Assembly (NCBI RefSeq): GCF_009914755.1
Contig: NC_060929.1
From: the human T2T-CHM13v2.0 reference genome, Homo sapiens
Reading direction: 5' to 3' (one strand)
DNA: 64,000 nucleotides
Part shown: in pieces, positions 27,144 to 42,324 of the stretch
Layout: the number at the start of each line of letters is the position of its first letter
How positions within the stretch are numbered: the stretch's first letter is position 1
Translations under genes and position numbers: made by a program
Notes under the pieces: generated by a model
The model's database searches: none
What the model was told of the DNA's origin: nothing
What the model saw: only the letters and a program-made list of their open reading frames with translations

Positions 27144-27334
27144 CAGGTTGAGCACACCTAATGGGAAAATCCAAAATCTGAAACGCTCCAAAATCCAAAA
27201 CTTTTTGAGCGCTAACATGATACCACATATGGAGAATTCCAAAGTTGAACTCATGTGATGGGCTGCAGCATAAAACAGTCAAAACTTTGTTTCATGAATG
27301 AAATATTTAAAAATATTGTATAAAATTACTTTCA
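27144..27334 (+). mobile_element. Tigger4b-like fragment, truncated at the L1
   Basis: CAGGTTGAGCACACCTAATGGGAAAATCCAAAATCTGAAACGCTCC. Confidence 0.8.
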
Positions 27335-27337
27335 AAC

Positions 27338-28918
27338 GCTCAAAACTACACAAATACCTGGAAATTAAACAATCTCCTCCTGAATGATTTTTGGGGTTAA
27401 CAAATCAAGATGGAAATTTTAAAATTCTTCAAGATGAATGATAATAATGACACAAGTTTTCAAAACCTCTGGGATACAGCAAGAGGAAAGTGCTAAGAGG
27501 AAAGTTTATAGCACTAAATGCCAACATCAACAAGTCTGAAAGTTCACAAAATGACAACCTAACATCACACCTCAAGGAACTAGAGACAAAAGAAAACACC
27601 AAACCCAAAGCTAGCAGAAGGAAAAAAAAAAATAACAAAGATCAGAACAGAACTAAATGAAACTGAAACACAAAACAAAAGATTAATAAAACAAATTGGT
27701 TCTCTTAAAAGACAAAACTGATAGACCATTAGCTACACTAACCAAGAAAAAGAAGAGAGAAGGTTCAAATTAGTTCAATTGGAAATGAAAACGGAGACAT
27801 TACCACTGACACCACAGAAATACAAAAGATCATTTGAGACTGCTATGAACACCCCATGCATACACACTAGAAAATTTAGAAGTAATGGATAGATTCCTGG
27901 AAACCTACAACCCTCCTAGCTTGAATCAGGAAGAAATAGAAATCCTGAACAGAAGAATACACACAGCAAGATCGAATCAGTTTAAAAAAAAAAAAAAAAA
28001 AAAAGCCAACAAAAAAAAATCACAGGGCCAGGCAGATTCACAGCCGAATTCTACCAGACATTCAAGAAAAAATTGGTACCAACCCTACTGAAACTATGCC
28101 AAAAGACTGAGAAAGACGGAATCCTCTCTAACTCAGTCTATGAAGCCAGTATTACCCTGATAGCAAAAGCATGAAAGAATGTAAAAAAAAAAAAAAAGAA
28201 AAAGAAAGAAAGAAAACTACAGATCAATTTCCCTGATGAACACAGATGCAAAAAAGACTCAACAAAACACTAGCAAACCAAATCCAACAGCATATCAAAC
28301 AGACAATTCACCATGATCAAGGTGGGGTTCATCCCAGGGATGCAGGGATGGTTTAACATATTCAAGTCAATAAATGTAATTCATCACATAAACAGAGCTG
28401 TAAAAAAACATGATCATCTCAATAGACACAGAAAAAGCATTCACTAAAATCCAGCATTGCTTTGTGATAAAAACCCTCAACAAACTATGCATAGATGGAA
28501 CATACCTCAAAATAATAAAATCCATCCATATATGACAAACCCACAGCCAACATCATACTGAATGGGGAAAAGTTGAAAGAATTCCCCCTAAGAACTGGAA
28601 CAAGACAAGGATGCTCACTTTCACCACTTCTGCTAAACGTAGTACTGGAAGTCCTAGCCAGGGCAATCAGGCAAATGAAAGAAATAAAGGGAACCCAAGT
28701 TGGAAAAGACGATGTCAAACTCTCTCTGCCAATGATAAATGAATTCAGTAAAGTCTCAATTTACCAAATCAGTTTACACAAATCAGTAGCACTGCTATAC
28801 ACAAAAAACGACCAAGCTGAGAATCAAATCAAGACCTCAACCCATTTTACAATAACTACAAAAAATAAAATACCTAGAAATACACTTAACCAAAGAGATG
28901 AAAGATCTCTACTAGGAG
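27338..28918 (+). mobile_element. L1PB/L1PA16-like ORF2 fragment (degenerate)
   Basis: ORF pieces MDRFLETYNPPSLNQEEIEILNR and [31 protein letters not shown] (RT region); frameshifts, stops and an internal deletion. Confidence 0.93.
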
Positions 28919-29617
28919 ATATATATATCTCTGTCCCAAAATCCAGGCTCAGCAGAAGGATCAAAGCCAACACTTCACCAAAGAGGAACACACCCCTAGG
29001 AAAGCCAACATTTGACTTTTGACCTGAGCTGCTAAGATAAACTGGGCCAAATTTCTATTTATTAGGAATTCCTATTTGGAAGCCCAGTCGTGCTTGTAGG
29101 CTCTGGATCTGAGGTGCTATGAATCAGGATCAGAGCCAGTGACCATGTGGAATGTGGAGCCAATTTCAACATAAATAAGCAGATAAGTTGTATGATGCAT
29201 TTTTATTATAATCATATATTACTTTCAAAATTAAAAACAAATGCAAAAACTTTTGGTAAGAAATAACCCAAGTATCTGATTGCATGTCAGAGAAGAGGAT
29301 ACTGGTTTCCTGTTGGTGAATACCACCTGCATCTATTCCAAGCCCACACAAAGAAAGTGCTGGAGGCAAAACAGGGATAGGTACTTGTTTTCAGACCACA
29401 ATTGTTGGTTTCTGCTTTCCTGTTGGTTTTTTTCAGAGCTGTCTATAAACACAGGAGTATTGACTTATTACTGCCATAACAAAAACACCTTGTATTTGCA
29501 AAACATACTTAAGTGGAGGTACGGGAACTGTTCTGTAGACACTGGCTAAGTCAGACACACAGTCATAGAATCACACGGGCTGCTGAGCTCAAAGCACTTT
29601 ATAAATCAACCCATCCA

Positions 29618-29904
29618 GGCCAGGAGCAGTGGCTCACGACTGTAATCCCAGCACTGAGGGAGGCCGAGAGGCAGGAGGATCGCTTGAGTCCAGGAGTTTG
29701 AGACGAGCCTGGGCAACATAGTTAAGACTTTGTTTCTACAAAAAAAAAAAAAAAATTTATGAGTGAGGCGTGGTGGTGTATGCCTGAAGTCCAAGCTACT
29801 CCAGAAGCCTGAGGTAGGGGGATCACTTCAACTTGGGAGGCTGAGCTGTGACTGTGCCACTGCACTCCAGCCTGGGCAACAGAGTGAGAACCTGTCTCAA
29901 AAAG
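29618..29904 (+). mobile_element. AluJ
   Basis: GAGGATCGCTTGAGTCCAGG; 14-bp TSD AAATCAACCCATCC on both sides. Confidence 0.95.
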
Positions 29905-30796
29905 AAATCAACCCATCCTCCCGTTACAGATGGATACTCATGGAGGGACATCAAGTTTTCACATTATTCACGAGCTATGTCTGTCTAGCCCCATTTTTTT
30001 AGGGGATCTGAGGCAAGAGATTCATAGAGAAAAATCAAGGTGCTGGGAAAAGAGCAATTACTAATCCTTAAAGAACTACACTCTAAGAGAGTCCACCTTC
30101 TCTTGAAAGGAAGTCCTAGATCACAAGCTGATCCTAATTCAACTATAATTCCCATACTGTCCCTAGAATAGCTCCAGAATGTACAAATTCCCCAGGGCAC
30201 TTAATTCTACCTGGGGCCAAAAAAGTCCCCAATGCAGCTCAACATCCTCTGGAGTAATGGAAAGCCACCAGATCAGAAGGGGAATGGAAGGAGAGGGGCA
30301 TGAAATGAAAAACAGATTCTCCCTAAGATTCAGTGATCAAGCCAAAGCTGCCAAGAAACATGAAGATCACAGGCCCAAAGCACCCACCCTGAGCCCCTCC
30401 AGGCTAAGCTGAGGTGGGGAAACGGGGGCAGTGTCATGGAATGGGGAGAACATGATGCCAGAGGTGGTTGCCTCAGGCTCTGTAAGGAAAACACACATTT
30501 TGAAACATGAACAACCATATAGACAAATTCAAAGAAAGGGGCAAGACTGTATTCAGTCTAGACAGCTACTTCAACCCTTGTTGTCCAGTGGAGACACTTT
30601 CAATCCAGCCAAGCTATCCTCTTGGCTCTCAATTTAGGACAGAGAGGCCTACGTTGAATGATTAGAGCCTAATAGGGTGCACCTATGATCATTCATCTTG
30701 GACCCAGTATTCATCAGGCCTCTAAACAAAGAACAGAACAGCCTGGGGTCAACCATGGGCACTCACCCATTTGAATAGGCAGGACTCACTCACCCC

Positions 30797-30857
30797 ACAT
30801 ACACACACATACTCATATATGCACACACACACATACTGATATATGCACACACATATA
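30797..30857. repeat. CA/TA-rich compound repeat
   Basis: Unit ACACACATACT(C/G)ATATATGCACACAC repeated twice. Confidence 0.8.
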
Positions 30858-33800
30858 AACTTAACCTTGGGGTTGGCTGCTGTCAAACAGTTCTGTCATC
30901 CATTCCTGATGACTCACACCAGAGAAATAGATATATAAGTAAACTGGAAAACTACAAATCACCCCTAAATCATTTCTTTCCAGGAATGAGGATGTGATTT
31001 TTCAGCAACTCAACATTTCTATTAGCTTATTTATCCCACACATCTTCTCCTTCCCAATACTGAAACTAGTTGAAATTCCCTGAAGTGACGGCAAGTGAAA
31101 GAAACAGGTTAGAGATGAGTGGAAAAAAGAAACAGTCCAGGATTTTAACAGATTTTCATGGTTGGGAGGTCATCAACATTCAGACACCCAAAAATCAACA
31201 ATATCTATAGACCCCTACACTGCAGGGGAGGTAAATGACTACAATAACTCTTCTGTATCTCAGAGAACATACAGGCATAAAGAATGGCCAAGTAATGTGC
31301 TATCTGACAAATAGGACAATCAGCAGTATACAACATTATCACATGGTCTTACAACATCACAGCAAAATTATAACATTGCTTTACAATGAGCAAAAATCCT
31401 TTTCGTTCCTGGCCAGCAACTTGATTGTAATACAGATACCCAATATTTTAAGAATCATGGAAGAGGATGCCTACCCAAAACACTTAGAATTTCCACTACT
31501 TTTAGTGGTACAACTGATTCTGTGAATACAGACAAACAGGAATGCAGGAAATGCTAGAATTCATTCGTCAACCTGAAATAATTTCCCCCAAATAAACCCT
31601 GAATGTGTTAGAATTCAAGAGTGATGCAAACCATTGTCTAAGCCCATAGTCTCAGAGGAAAGCACATTTATTAAAGCACGTTAATGTTCCCTTGGCCATC
31701 CTAGCGTGAGGTATACAGCATGCGCATCTTTAATGGTGCCACTCTGGAATGCACATCCTGCACTCTGCACTCTTCTTTCTTTCCTTGTCCTACTCCTACT
31801 CAGAGCCACTCTGAGCTTAAATACAAACCAGCTTCTCTGTACTAGCAGAAAAGGAAGAACCAGGGTAGATGGGATGAAAGTGTGATTCCTTCAACCATTA
31901 TCATAACAATTACATAGGTACTAAGTCACCACTCTATTTGACATTACAGATTCATTAAAATGAATTCCATAATTCCAAATCGTTTTCTTTTGATATGTCT
32001 ATGCTGTTCAGAGTCTGGTCTGTCACTTTTGGTACCTCAGGAACTAATTCAAGAGTTGAACAAGTCCTAGAAGCTCCATTCATATTAACCCAACTCAAAG
32101 ACCACAATGCTCCAAGTAGAAATAAATCCCAAGAGACCACAGGGTTCTAGTTAGGCTGATTTACCACTTAACAAAGAAATAAAAGTCCTACTGGTTTCAA
32201 CCCTGATTTGAAAAAATTCTTTATATAATGCATATTTTTCCTATCTCAAGAGGGCAGAGTGCTCTAAACAGGATGAAACTCTCTGACAATGACTCAAGGG
32301 GCATTCTTCTGAACACAGAATCACAGACATCTTCCACGCTACAGTCCAGCCCTCTTGTTTTACAGAAGCAGATTAGGACAAGTGACAAATGTGTCCAAAG
32401 TCATATCAGCACTTACATTCCTATACTCGATCATTAATTGACACCACCAATCCCCCAAGTATCCCAATCTCAGAACTTGGAATATAGCCTGGATAATGAG
32501 TAAACTCCATGCTTCTCTGAATAGGCTTCAACAGTATGAGCCAAAGAAAAAAATAAATTAGTTCCCCCCGCTTCTGATCTAAACCCCTAGAAGACAGGCC
32601 AGTAGGTAGCAGGTCTTGCCCTCATTTGTGAGGAATGAGGGGCTGCAAGTGGGGAAGTGTGAGAATGTCAGAAGGTAACTTCACCATGAGTTTCCTTGTA
32701 GACCCAGTAAGAGACACATGGTACAACTGGTCATTAGCAAGACAGCATTGCCTGCCACATCCATCCTATGGGAAGATACCAGGACTATGATATTCTATAG
32801 GCAATAACACTTTCTTCCTTGCCAGCTGCACCCATTAACAGACCACAGTTTGTTTTTAAGTGATCTAGTACTTACATTTCACAATCCAGTTGAACCATGG
32901 GAATTCACTGGGTAGGATTTTTGATAAGGTATCTCACCCGGCTCAAATATATTAAGCTAACTCAGAAAGGTCTCCTAAAATAATCGGTAGATTCCTGAAG
33001 GGTCAGGATGCTGTCCTGATTCTAGGGCCAACCACTTTACTTAACATATAGTAGATATTCAATAGTTATTTGTCAAACTGAACTGGACATATGTTGGGTA
33101 TGTTAATATTGGGACTAAATATGCAAAAAAAAAAAGAGAGAACTTCAGAAGTCTGGGTTTTATTATTACAATTTGTAATGATGTAGCATATGTACTGAAA
33201 ATATCCCCAGAGAATATCTAGTCAAGTCCTTTATATTCATACAGCAGAAAATTGAGGCTCAGGACAGATAAGTGAATGTTTCCATACTTACCTGTTATAT
33301 GGGGTACTGAACCAGATCTTACACACACACACACACACCCCATGACCACACCGTTTTTTCGGGAGGGTGGGGGTCACTTGCTCTTATCATCTAGGAATGA
33401 ACAAGCGAAAATTCCAATGACAGGCTGGTAACCTTGGTTCTCATCAAATTGAAGTTTCACATTAATGTGTTCCAGAGGATAATGTGCTAAGTTAAATTAA
33501 TCATCCAATTATTTAGTTAATAGACTAAGTTTATCTGGGATAATGTATGTTTTCAATATAAGACCTTTTCTAAAAATCATTAAATCAATGGAAAAATATG
33601 AACATTTGAAATAAATACTCACATGTAAGTTAAGGGCCATTTCTCGGAAGGATCTGGTATCTCAACCTCTCTCATTTAAGAAGTCTATTTTCCTAACCTT
33701 TCTGTATATAAAACATCACCCTCCCACACACAATCCTAGATTAAAATATATATTCCTGTCTCTCAACAACATTTTCATCCCCAAGATCCAAGCCACCATG

Positions 33801-35349
33801 TAAACCTCTGGTTTCAATGATGCTTTATAGCCAAGACTGGACTCTTAAGAAGCAGAATTGGGAGCAGAATAGTGAGAATTTCATTCAAACTCAATGTTTT
33901 TCAGAAGAGAAGGCCCAGATTATAAAATATTTTACCCCAGGTCATTCAATTAAACAGCAGGGCCTGAATCAGAACGTGCCTTTGTGATCCACAAAACTGT
34001 CTGCCTTTATGGAAGTGATTTTGAGACTCTCAAAGAACCTATTACTGAAAAACTGCCTCTTCCCTAAAAAATGGATCAAACTCCAGTTACCTATTTTCAT
34101 TCCTGTTAATAACTATATTTCTACTTCATATTTTATGTCTAGAGGTTGCTAGTTTTGTTATTTCTTCTTCTTGTAGCTAATAATTATTGTCTCCTATCTC
34201 TATTAAGTAAAATAATGGCAAAGTATACTGATCCTTTTGCCAAGCAGAGCTGAGAGCCCCTTCTTGTACTCCTCATATGATCTCATTAAAATAAATAATT
34301 TTCATGTTCCAAACTTTTAAAAGTTTTATTTAATTTCTAAATTCACTTATTTTTTCCCCACAAAAAATTTCCATTTGTCTTTCTTTCGTATTAAAGGTTT
34401 AGACAGGAAACCAGATAATGAAATTCAGTGGAATGAACAGGCACTTTAATTCTGTTTGCCGGGCACTGGCAACAAAAAGTATTTGGGAACATAATAGGCA
34501 CAAAGGGAGTCACTGGGCAGTAAAACTTCTGGCTTATCTTCTCATCCAGGTTGAATTCATTTGGATGGGGTGGGAAAGTAGGATAACAATATGGCAAATT
34601 TTCCACTTTGTTGCCACCATTGGTGGGAAAATGTTAAGGCAGAGACTGCAAGCCCTGTGGCATGGTACAATATTTTAGAGTTTTTTTCTTTATGGCACAA
34701 TATTTTAGTTTTTTTTTTAAAGTATAATCACAGGCTGAAGTGAATTATGCATTTATAAAAACTAGAAATGCAAAAAAGGAATTCTAATATCATTAGTGGT
34801 TTTGTAATAACACAACTGTAATTAATAATTTGCATCTTGAACCTGTGCAGATAAAGCTGAAGTCAAATGGCAGTTCGAATCTCCCAGTTAACCACTGTCA
34901 CTGTTAACAAATAAAAAAAGATTAGATAAAAGTAAGACACAATGAAGCAACTTTTGTTTAAAGATTTTTCTACCCCTACAGTGCAGAGAGAAAAACAAAA
35001 GGGAATCACATAATTTAAAAAGATAAGGGTGAAGGGGAAAGGGAGCATTTTAATCACAGAGTGTAAAATAATAAGGAAGATGCATGTATGTATGCTTCCC
35101 AGCCCATTATTGTCTATAACCCTATGGTTCCACGAAGAAAGGAAACAGGAAACTGGAGCAAGCCATCTAATGAACCAATGAGGCCAAAAGGGTAAAACAG
35201 CAACCCTCTCCATTTGGATGACTTCCAAAATTGCATCCATCCATCTGAGAAATGATCATTGAATGCTTACTTTGAGTGAGGCAATATTCTGAGCAACAGG
35301 GATAGAGCAGTGAACCAAGCAGAGAGCAACCCCATCCATACAACCCCCA

Positions 35350-36620
35350 TTTCTAATACTGCTTTTAGGCTGCAAAAATGTATTTCCAACATGGCACCTC
35401 CAACTCACACATCTAGTTGCAAGATCATCTTCTTTGCTCCCCAAATTACTCCTTCTATGTGTCCCCTGTCTCAGTTAAAAGCATTACCATCCACTCATTT
35501 CTTCTGACCACCAAATTGTTGTCATGTTAAACTCCAACCTCTCCATTTTTACCTCTACCAACTCCTTCAGTATATCACAGAATACCTGATTGCTGAATAT
35601 CTACAAAGTTTCTTGACTCTGTCTCCACCTTTTCATTCCCTGTACCATTAGGGACCTAATCATCTTTTGCCTAGATTACTGCACAAGCCTCCTGAGGATT
35701 TTAGGTCTTCCCTCTGAAAGCTGCTCAATACATCCTCCATTTCACTTGATGAAAATCATATCCTTTCTCCTCCCTAAAAAACCCCCATATGAATCCTTGA
35801 CTCCTCTCTTCATTCTTCCGCACATCCACTCCATGAGAAAATTCTATTGATTCAGTCTCCAAAATACATCCATATTCTGACCACTTGTCACCTCTCCCCT
35901 TATCACACTGTTCAAACCAAATTCATCTCTACAATGACTATAATACTTCACTGGCCTCCCAGCTTTAACATTGCCCTAGGTTAGCCTATTCTCAAAACAG
36001 CAGCGAGAGTGATCCTTTAAAAATGCAAGTTAGTCAATATTGTTCCCTACTCAAAACCCTATGAGGTACCCCCACAGTCACTAAGAGTAAAAGCCAAAGT
36101 CCTTAAAAAGGCCTGAAAGCCCTAGATGATCTGGCCTCTTATTTCCTAACCTCATCTCCTCTATTCTCTCAGTCACTCACCCTACTCTTTCTGCTTCAGC
36201 CATTGGCTCCTAAAAATTCCTCAAACACAGAATTGCTCCTGTCTTAGGACCTTTGCATAGGCTGTTCCTTCTGCCAGGAACATTCTTCCCTACATATCCA
36301 CATGGCTAACTCCCTCACTCCTTCAAGACTTTTCTCAAATCTCACCTCCTCCATGAAGCCTACCTTGACCACCTATTTCATAATGCAACTTCCTCCTATA
36401 TACTCACAACCCCTTTATCATGTGCTATTTTTTCCCCAAAGCAATTATCATCTAACATACAATATGTAGTTTACTTACCATCTTTATTGTTTACTGTGTC
36501 TCTCCCCATTAGAATGTAAACTCTACAAGGGGAGAGATTTTGTCTTTGTTCAGGGTTTTATGCCAACTGCCTCAAGTACCATGCCATAGTTAAATGTTCA
36601 ACACTGACTGAATGAATGGA
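35350..36620 (+). mobile_element. L2 fragments including L2a 3' end
   Basis: AACAGCAGCGAGAGTGATCCTTTAAAA...TAGAATGTAAACTC...CTGAATGAATGG. Confidence 0.8.
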
Positions 36621-37419
36621 CTGATCACCCTGGTTGCAGGATCTTTGCCCCAAGGTCATCTTTTTCAAGCACAGCTCATGACATCAACTCCCTGCTGTAA
36701 TTTTTTTAAATAAAAGTATAAATCAGACTTCCCCTAAAAAAACCCAACTCTTTTTGCTGATCCCTTTCAACATTTTTGCTTTAATATCACTTTTAATGTT
36801 CTTAGTACAATTGTTATATTTTACAAAATACTCTTTCTGGAATGTAGTGGTTGTTTGGCCTTCTGTATGACATTTTAACTCACCTAGTTTCCTTTAGAAA
36901 GTTACTGACTTTAAAAGAAAATCTTTTTGAGCACGAGTGCTGCCACTTTAAAGACTACTTACAGGACATTTTAGGGGACATAAAAACAATCCTAAATAAT
37001 CACAAATATTAAAGTAAGAGCATGGTACACTTGCAAAAATTCTGCCAGAGATAAGGTTCAGCCGATGGTAACATCCATGAGCTGTATTCAGGCACTTTGC
37101 AATTGAATGTATCATAGTGATTCTTTTTAAATTGAAGAGGGACTCCGAATTATTTCAGATTTTGCACTTTTATGGTACTTTCTATCATGCCCTTTCAAAT
37201 TTATATAAAAAATGTAACTATTGTAGCTAAGTTTGCCAAGAAAATTTCAGTGAAACAAAAGGTTTTTAGACTCAGATTTTCTGTTTATGTTTACAAGCAC
37301 ATCTATTCCATATATTTAGAAATACTTGTATTTAGACAGACATACTTAAAGAAAGCCCCTTAACACATTTTATAAAACACTACAAACTGACTTTGTGTAT
37401 GAGTTTTAGAATGATGGCT

Positions 37420-37615
37420 GACACTTACGAAGCAGTTACTATATATCAGGTTCCATATTAAGCCTCGTTTAACCTCCACCACAACCCTGTGAGGTTGGAA
37501 CTATTACTATTCGTATTTACAGATGAGAAGGCAGGGGTTCAGAGATGTTAAGTGACTTGCCCAAAGTCACAGAACTACTAAATATCCAGTTTTTTATTTC
37601 AGATCCCTGTTCTAA
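37420..37615 (-). mobile_element. MIR
   Basis: ACAACCCTGTGAGGT...TTTACAGATGAGAAG...AAGTGACTTGCCCAAAGTCACAG. Confidence 0.85.
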
Positions 37616-38562
37616 ACGGCTCCATGTCAGGCTTACTGCTTTGCCTCACACTTAAAATGTATGAAAGAGAAACGACTAACTTCATTAACTGCCAGTTGCA
37701 GCAACATCTTTTGAGCCTAAGCACCTTCACTAGTCCCAGAGTCATAGCAGCCATATTTGAACAACAGAATCCCACCTCAACTGACTAGAACAGAGTTAGG
37801 AAAATCCACCTCCTCGGGAATTCAGAGTTGGAAATGAGAGCAGACCTCTCCCCGTGGCTGTACATAATAGATGACCTTGGGACCAGCTTCTGCCTGCTTT
37901 GTAGGCAAAGTAGCAGAAAATGTCAGTTTGTTGAGAAAGAAGCAGATGTGTAGAGAAAAATCACAAAGTAGAGACAAAAATCCCAGAGTCACTAAGACCT
38001 CCTGGGTTTGGTTCCAAGTCTTCCTGAGTATGGGTATGTCCCTGCTTTTGGATTTCATGAGAAATCCCAGAAACCGGAAAAATCTATTATCTGTCTGTAT
38101 TTAGTGGTTTAAGTGGGTTCCTGTTACTTCAACTAAAAGTTTGGTTATTCAATACTCAGATCTGGGTTTATACATGGGGCTGAAAACCAAATAATCTTCA
38201 CTGAGCAAAAAGAAAACAGAACATAGAAGGATTTGAAATGCTGGCATTTAGAAATATAGTCAATTAATCTAAAGAACAAAGTATCTTTAAAATAAAATTG
38301 TGATAGTCTCAAGACATCAGGAAAATGGTTTTATCTTGGAGAGTTAGAAGATGAAATGAACTTACAGGAAAACCATGTGAGATACTAAAACACAATGAGC
38401 AGCAGCAATAGAAGATGACCCAAAAAAAGCAAGCTTCTTGCCATCACATTACTAACAATAAAATGCACACACACGTGAGAAGCAAAAAATAATTGGCTCT
38501 ATTTTCAGGCAGACAAAAAGTAATTTCCATATATTCCCTGTATCTGTGTTCAAAGATTTTAG

Positions 38563-38960
<398 letters not shown>

Positions 38961-39229
38961 AGAGCTCTGTTTTAAAGCAATGATCCTCGAAATTGTTTGT
39001 TTCAGCATCCTCTGCATTAATATTCTGAAGCTATATACTTATACTCACTTATCCATTTTTAAGTTGACATCTAGTTTGATAAGTTGCATAAGGACATAAT
39101 TTCCAACTTGTTATAAATATCCAGATTTATAAATAAAACTGTTAATCATTCCCTTACATTGATAAAAATCTCTCTAGGTATCACAGAGATTTGAAAAACA
39201 TTACTTTTTTTTAAAAAAAAAGAACAAGC

Positions 39230-40157
39230 CTGGTGGTGACAAAATCTCTCAGCATTAGCTTGTCTGTAAAGAATTTTATTTCTCCTTCACTTATGAAGCT
39301 TAGTTTGGCTGGATATGAAATTCTGGGTTGAAAATTCTTTTCTTTAAGAATGTTGAATATTGGCCCCCACTCTCTTCTCGCTTGTAGAGTTTCTGCCGAG
39401 AGATCCGCTGTTAGTCTGATGGGCTTCCCTTTGTGGGTAACCCGACCTTTCTCTCTGGCTGCCCTTAACATTTTTTCCTTCATTTCAACTTTGGTGAATC
39501 TGACAATTCTGTGTCTTGGAGTTGCTCTTCTCGAGGAGTATCTTTGTGGCGTTCTCTGTATTTCCTGAATCTGAATGTTGGCCTGCCTTGCTAGATTGGG
39601 GAAGTTCTCCTGGATAATATCCTGCAGAGTGTTTTCCAATTTGGTTCCATTCTCCCCGTCACTTTCAGGTACACCAATCAGACGTAGATTTGGTCTTTTC
39701 ACATAGTCCCATATTTCTCGGAGGCTTTGTTCGTTTCTTTTTATTCTTTTTTCTCTAAACTTCCTTCTCGCTTCATTTCATTCATTTCATCTTCCATCAC
39801 TGATACCCTTTCTTCCAGTTGATCGCATCGGCTCCTGAGGCTTCTGCATTCTTCACGTAGTTCTCGAGCCTTGGCTTTCAGCTCCATCAGCTCCTTTAAG
39901 CACTTCTCTGTATTGGTTATTCTAATTATACATTCGTCTAAATTTTTTTCAAAGTTTTCAACTTCTTTGCCTTTGGTTTGAATTTCCACCTGTAGCTCGG
40001 AGTAGTTTGATCGTCTGAAGCCTTCTTCTCTCAACTTGTCAAAGTCATTCTCCGTCCAGCTTTGTTCCGTTGCTGGTGAGGAATTGCGTTCCTTTGGAGG
40101 AGGAGAGGTGCTCTGCTTTTTAGAGTTTCCAGTTTTTCTGCTCTGTTTTTTCCCCAT
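39230..40157 (-). pseudogene. L1 ORF1p remnant (frameshifted, C-terminally truncated)
   Basis: MGKKQSRKTGNSK...EMKREG, then a frameshift near 39763; continues as KRPNLRLIGVPESDGENG...LRDFVTTR. Confidence 0.9.
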
Positions 40158-40820
40158 CTTTGTGGTTTCATCTACTTTTGGTCTTTGATGATGGTGATGT
40201 ACAGATGGGTTTCATTGTGGAAGTCAGTGTGGTGATTCCTCAGGGATCTAGAACTAGAAATACCATTTGACCCAGCCATCCCATTACTGGGTATATACCC
40301 AAAGGACTATAAATCATGCTGCTATAAAGACACATGCACACATATGTTTATGGCAGCACTATTCACAATAGCAAAGACTTGGAACCAACCCAAATGTCCA
40401 ACGATGATATATTGGATTAAGAAAATGTGGCACATATATACCATGGAATACTACGCAGCCATAAAAAATGATGAGTTCATGTCCTTTCTAGGGACATGGA
40501 TGAAATTGGAAATCATCATTCTCAGTAAACTATCGCAAGAACAAAAAACCAAACACCGCATATTCTCACTCATAGGTGGGAATTGAACAATGAGAACACA
40601 TGGACACAGGAAGGGGAACATCACACTCTGGGGACTGTTGTGGGGTAGGGGTGGGGGGTAGGGATAGCTTTAGGAGATATACCTAATGCTAAATGACGAG
40701 TTAATGGGTGCAGCACACCAGCATGGCACATGTATACATATGTAAATAACCTGCACATTGTGCACATGTACCCTAAAACTTAAAGTATAATAATAATAAA
40801 ATAAAATAAAATAAAATAAA
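39230..40820. mobile_element. L1PA3-like insertion with 5' inversion (ORF1 part antisense, 3' end sense)
   Basis: 39230-40212 is antisense L1 from the 5'UTR end through most of ORF1. 40213-40820 is the sense ORF2 C-terminus, 3'UTR (CTAAATGACGAGTTAATGGGTGCAGCACACC) and an (AAAAT)n tail. TSD AAAAGAACAAGC flanks both ends. Confidence 0.95.
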
Positions 40821-41204
40821 AGAACAAGCTCCTTTTCAGTCATATATCCTCTTTTAATTTTTTCTTGAATTCATACATCTTTTCCATATCCCCAGCAGAA
40901 CTTCAATAACATATTTTTATGCTTGTAAATCTTTTACTGATCACTCTATCATGCTCCCCACAAATAAACTGTGTACATAATTGCAGTCTCACATTTTACA
41001 TTTCCTGTGGCCGTAAGTTTTCAATATTTTTAAATTTTCTCTTATGGACTAAGTTCCTAAAATTATTATTGGTCCACAATTGATCAAAATTAATATATAA
41101 TAAATGTTGACAAATCCATAATGTATAAAAAGTAAAACTTTTCAGTAATACATCTCTTAATGAGATGGATAGGTTATATTTTTATTTACACAACATAGAG
41201 GATT

Positions 41205-41514
<310 letters not shown>

Positions 41515-42324
41515 TGAGGATTATTATTTATCACTAGGATGAGATACAGTTCAGCATCAGTTCTATTCCTATTTTTCACATTTTTTAATGTAGATATAAA
41601 ATATACGAAACCTGCTCTCATAAATAAAATAGGAATAGAAGTTTAGCGACTGTAAAATCATTCAATTCTTTGGACTTCTTCTTAATTATGTAACAAAAAA
41701 TTGCACATGAATTATCAATATTTTTAAAGATCAGCTGACAATTTGAGTATATTTTGTTTTATTGAAAGCAAAGAACTGAAAATGGTTTGTTATCTGGTAA
41801 TATTAGAGTCATTCACTTTCTCAACACTAACATCATATTTTGAGTTTTTCCTTTGGCTTGTGCCCTGGAGGTTTTTATTTCCAAGGCCAATGCACCAAGA
41901 TTTAGGATGAGAGAGTAGCGCCTTTCTCTCCTAACTGAAAATAGAGTAGTTGTGAAAGGGGAAGCGATAAAGGAGAATCCACACAAATGAACAATGATTT
42001 TCTTAGACTCCTATCACTGCTACCTACCATAACTTAGAATGCCCACGTATCCCCAGGGGCATGTGTATCCTGGTTTCGACACACTAATTGGAGCTCTGTT
42101 CATTCATGCATTCATTCCACAAACATGTATTAAGCACTTGCAACATGCCAGACACTTATCTAGGCACTGGAGATACAGCAATGAACAAAACAAGAAATCC
42201 CCTGCCCTCATGGCCCTTCTAAAGGAAGCACACAATCTGTTAGGTCTGTGTTGGGTGCTACGGCCACCTGCCTGAGCCTCCTGTGGCCTGCTCTTCTCTC
42301 TACTCTAAAGAACTGTATTCCCAC

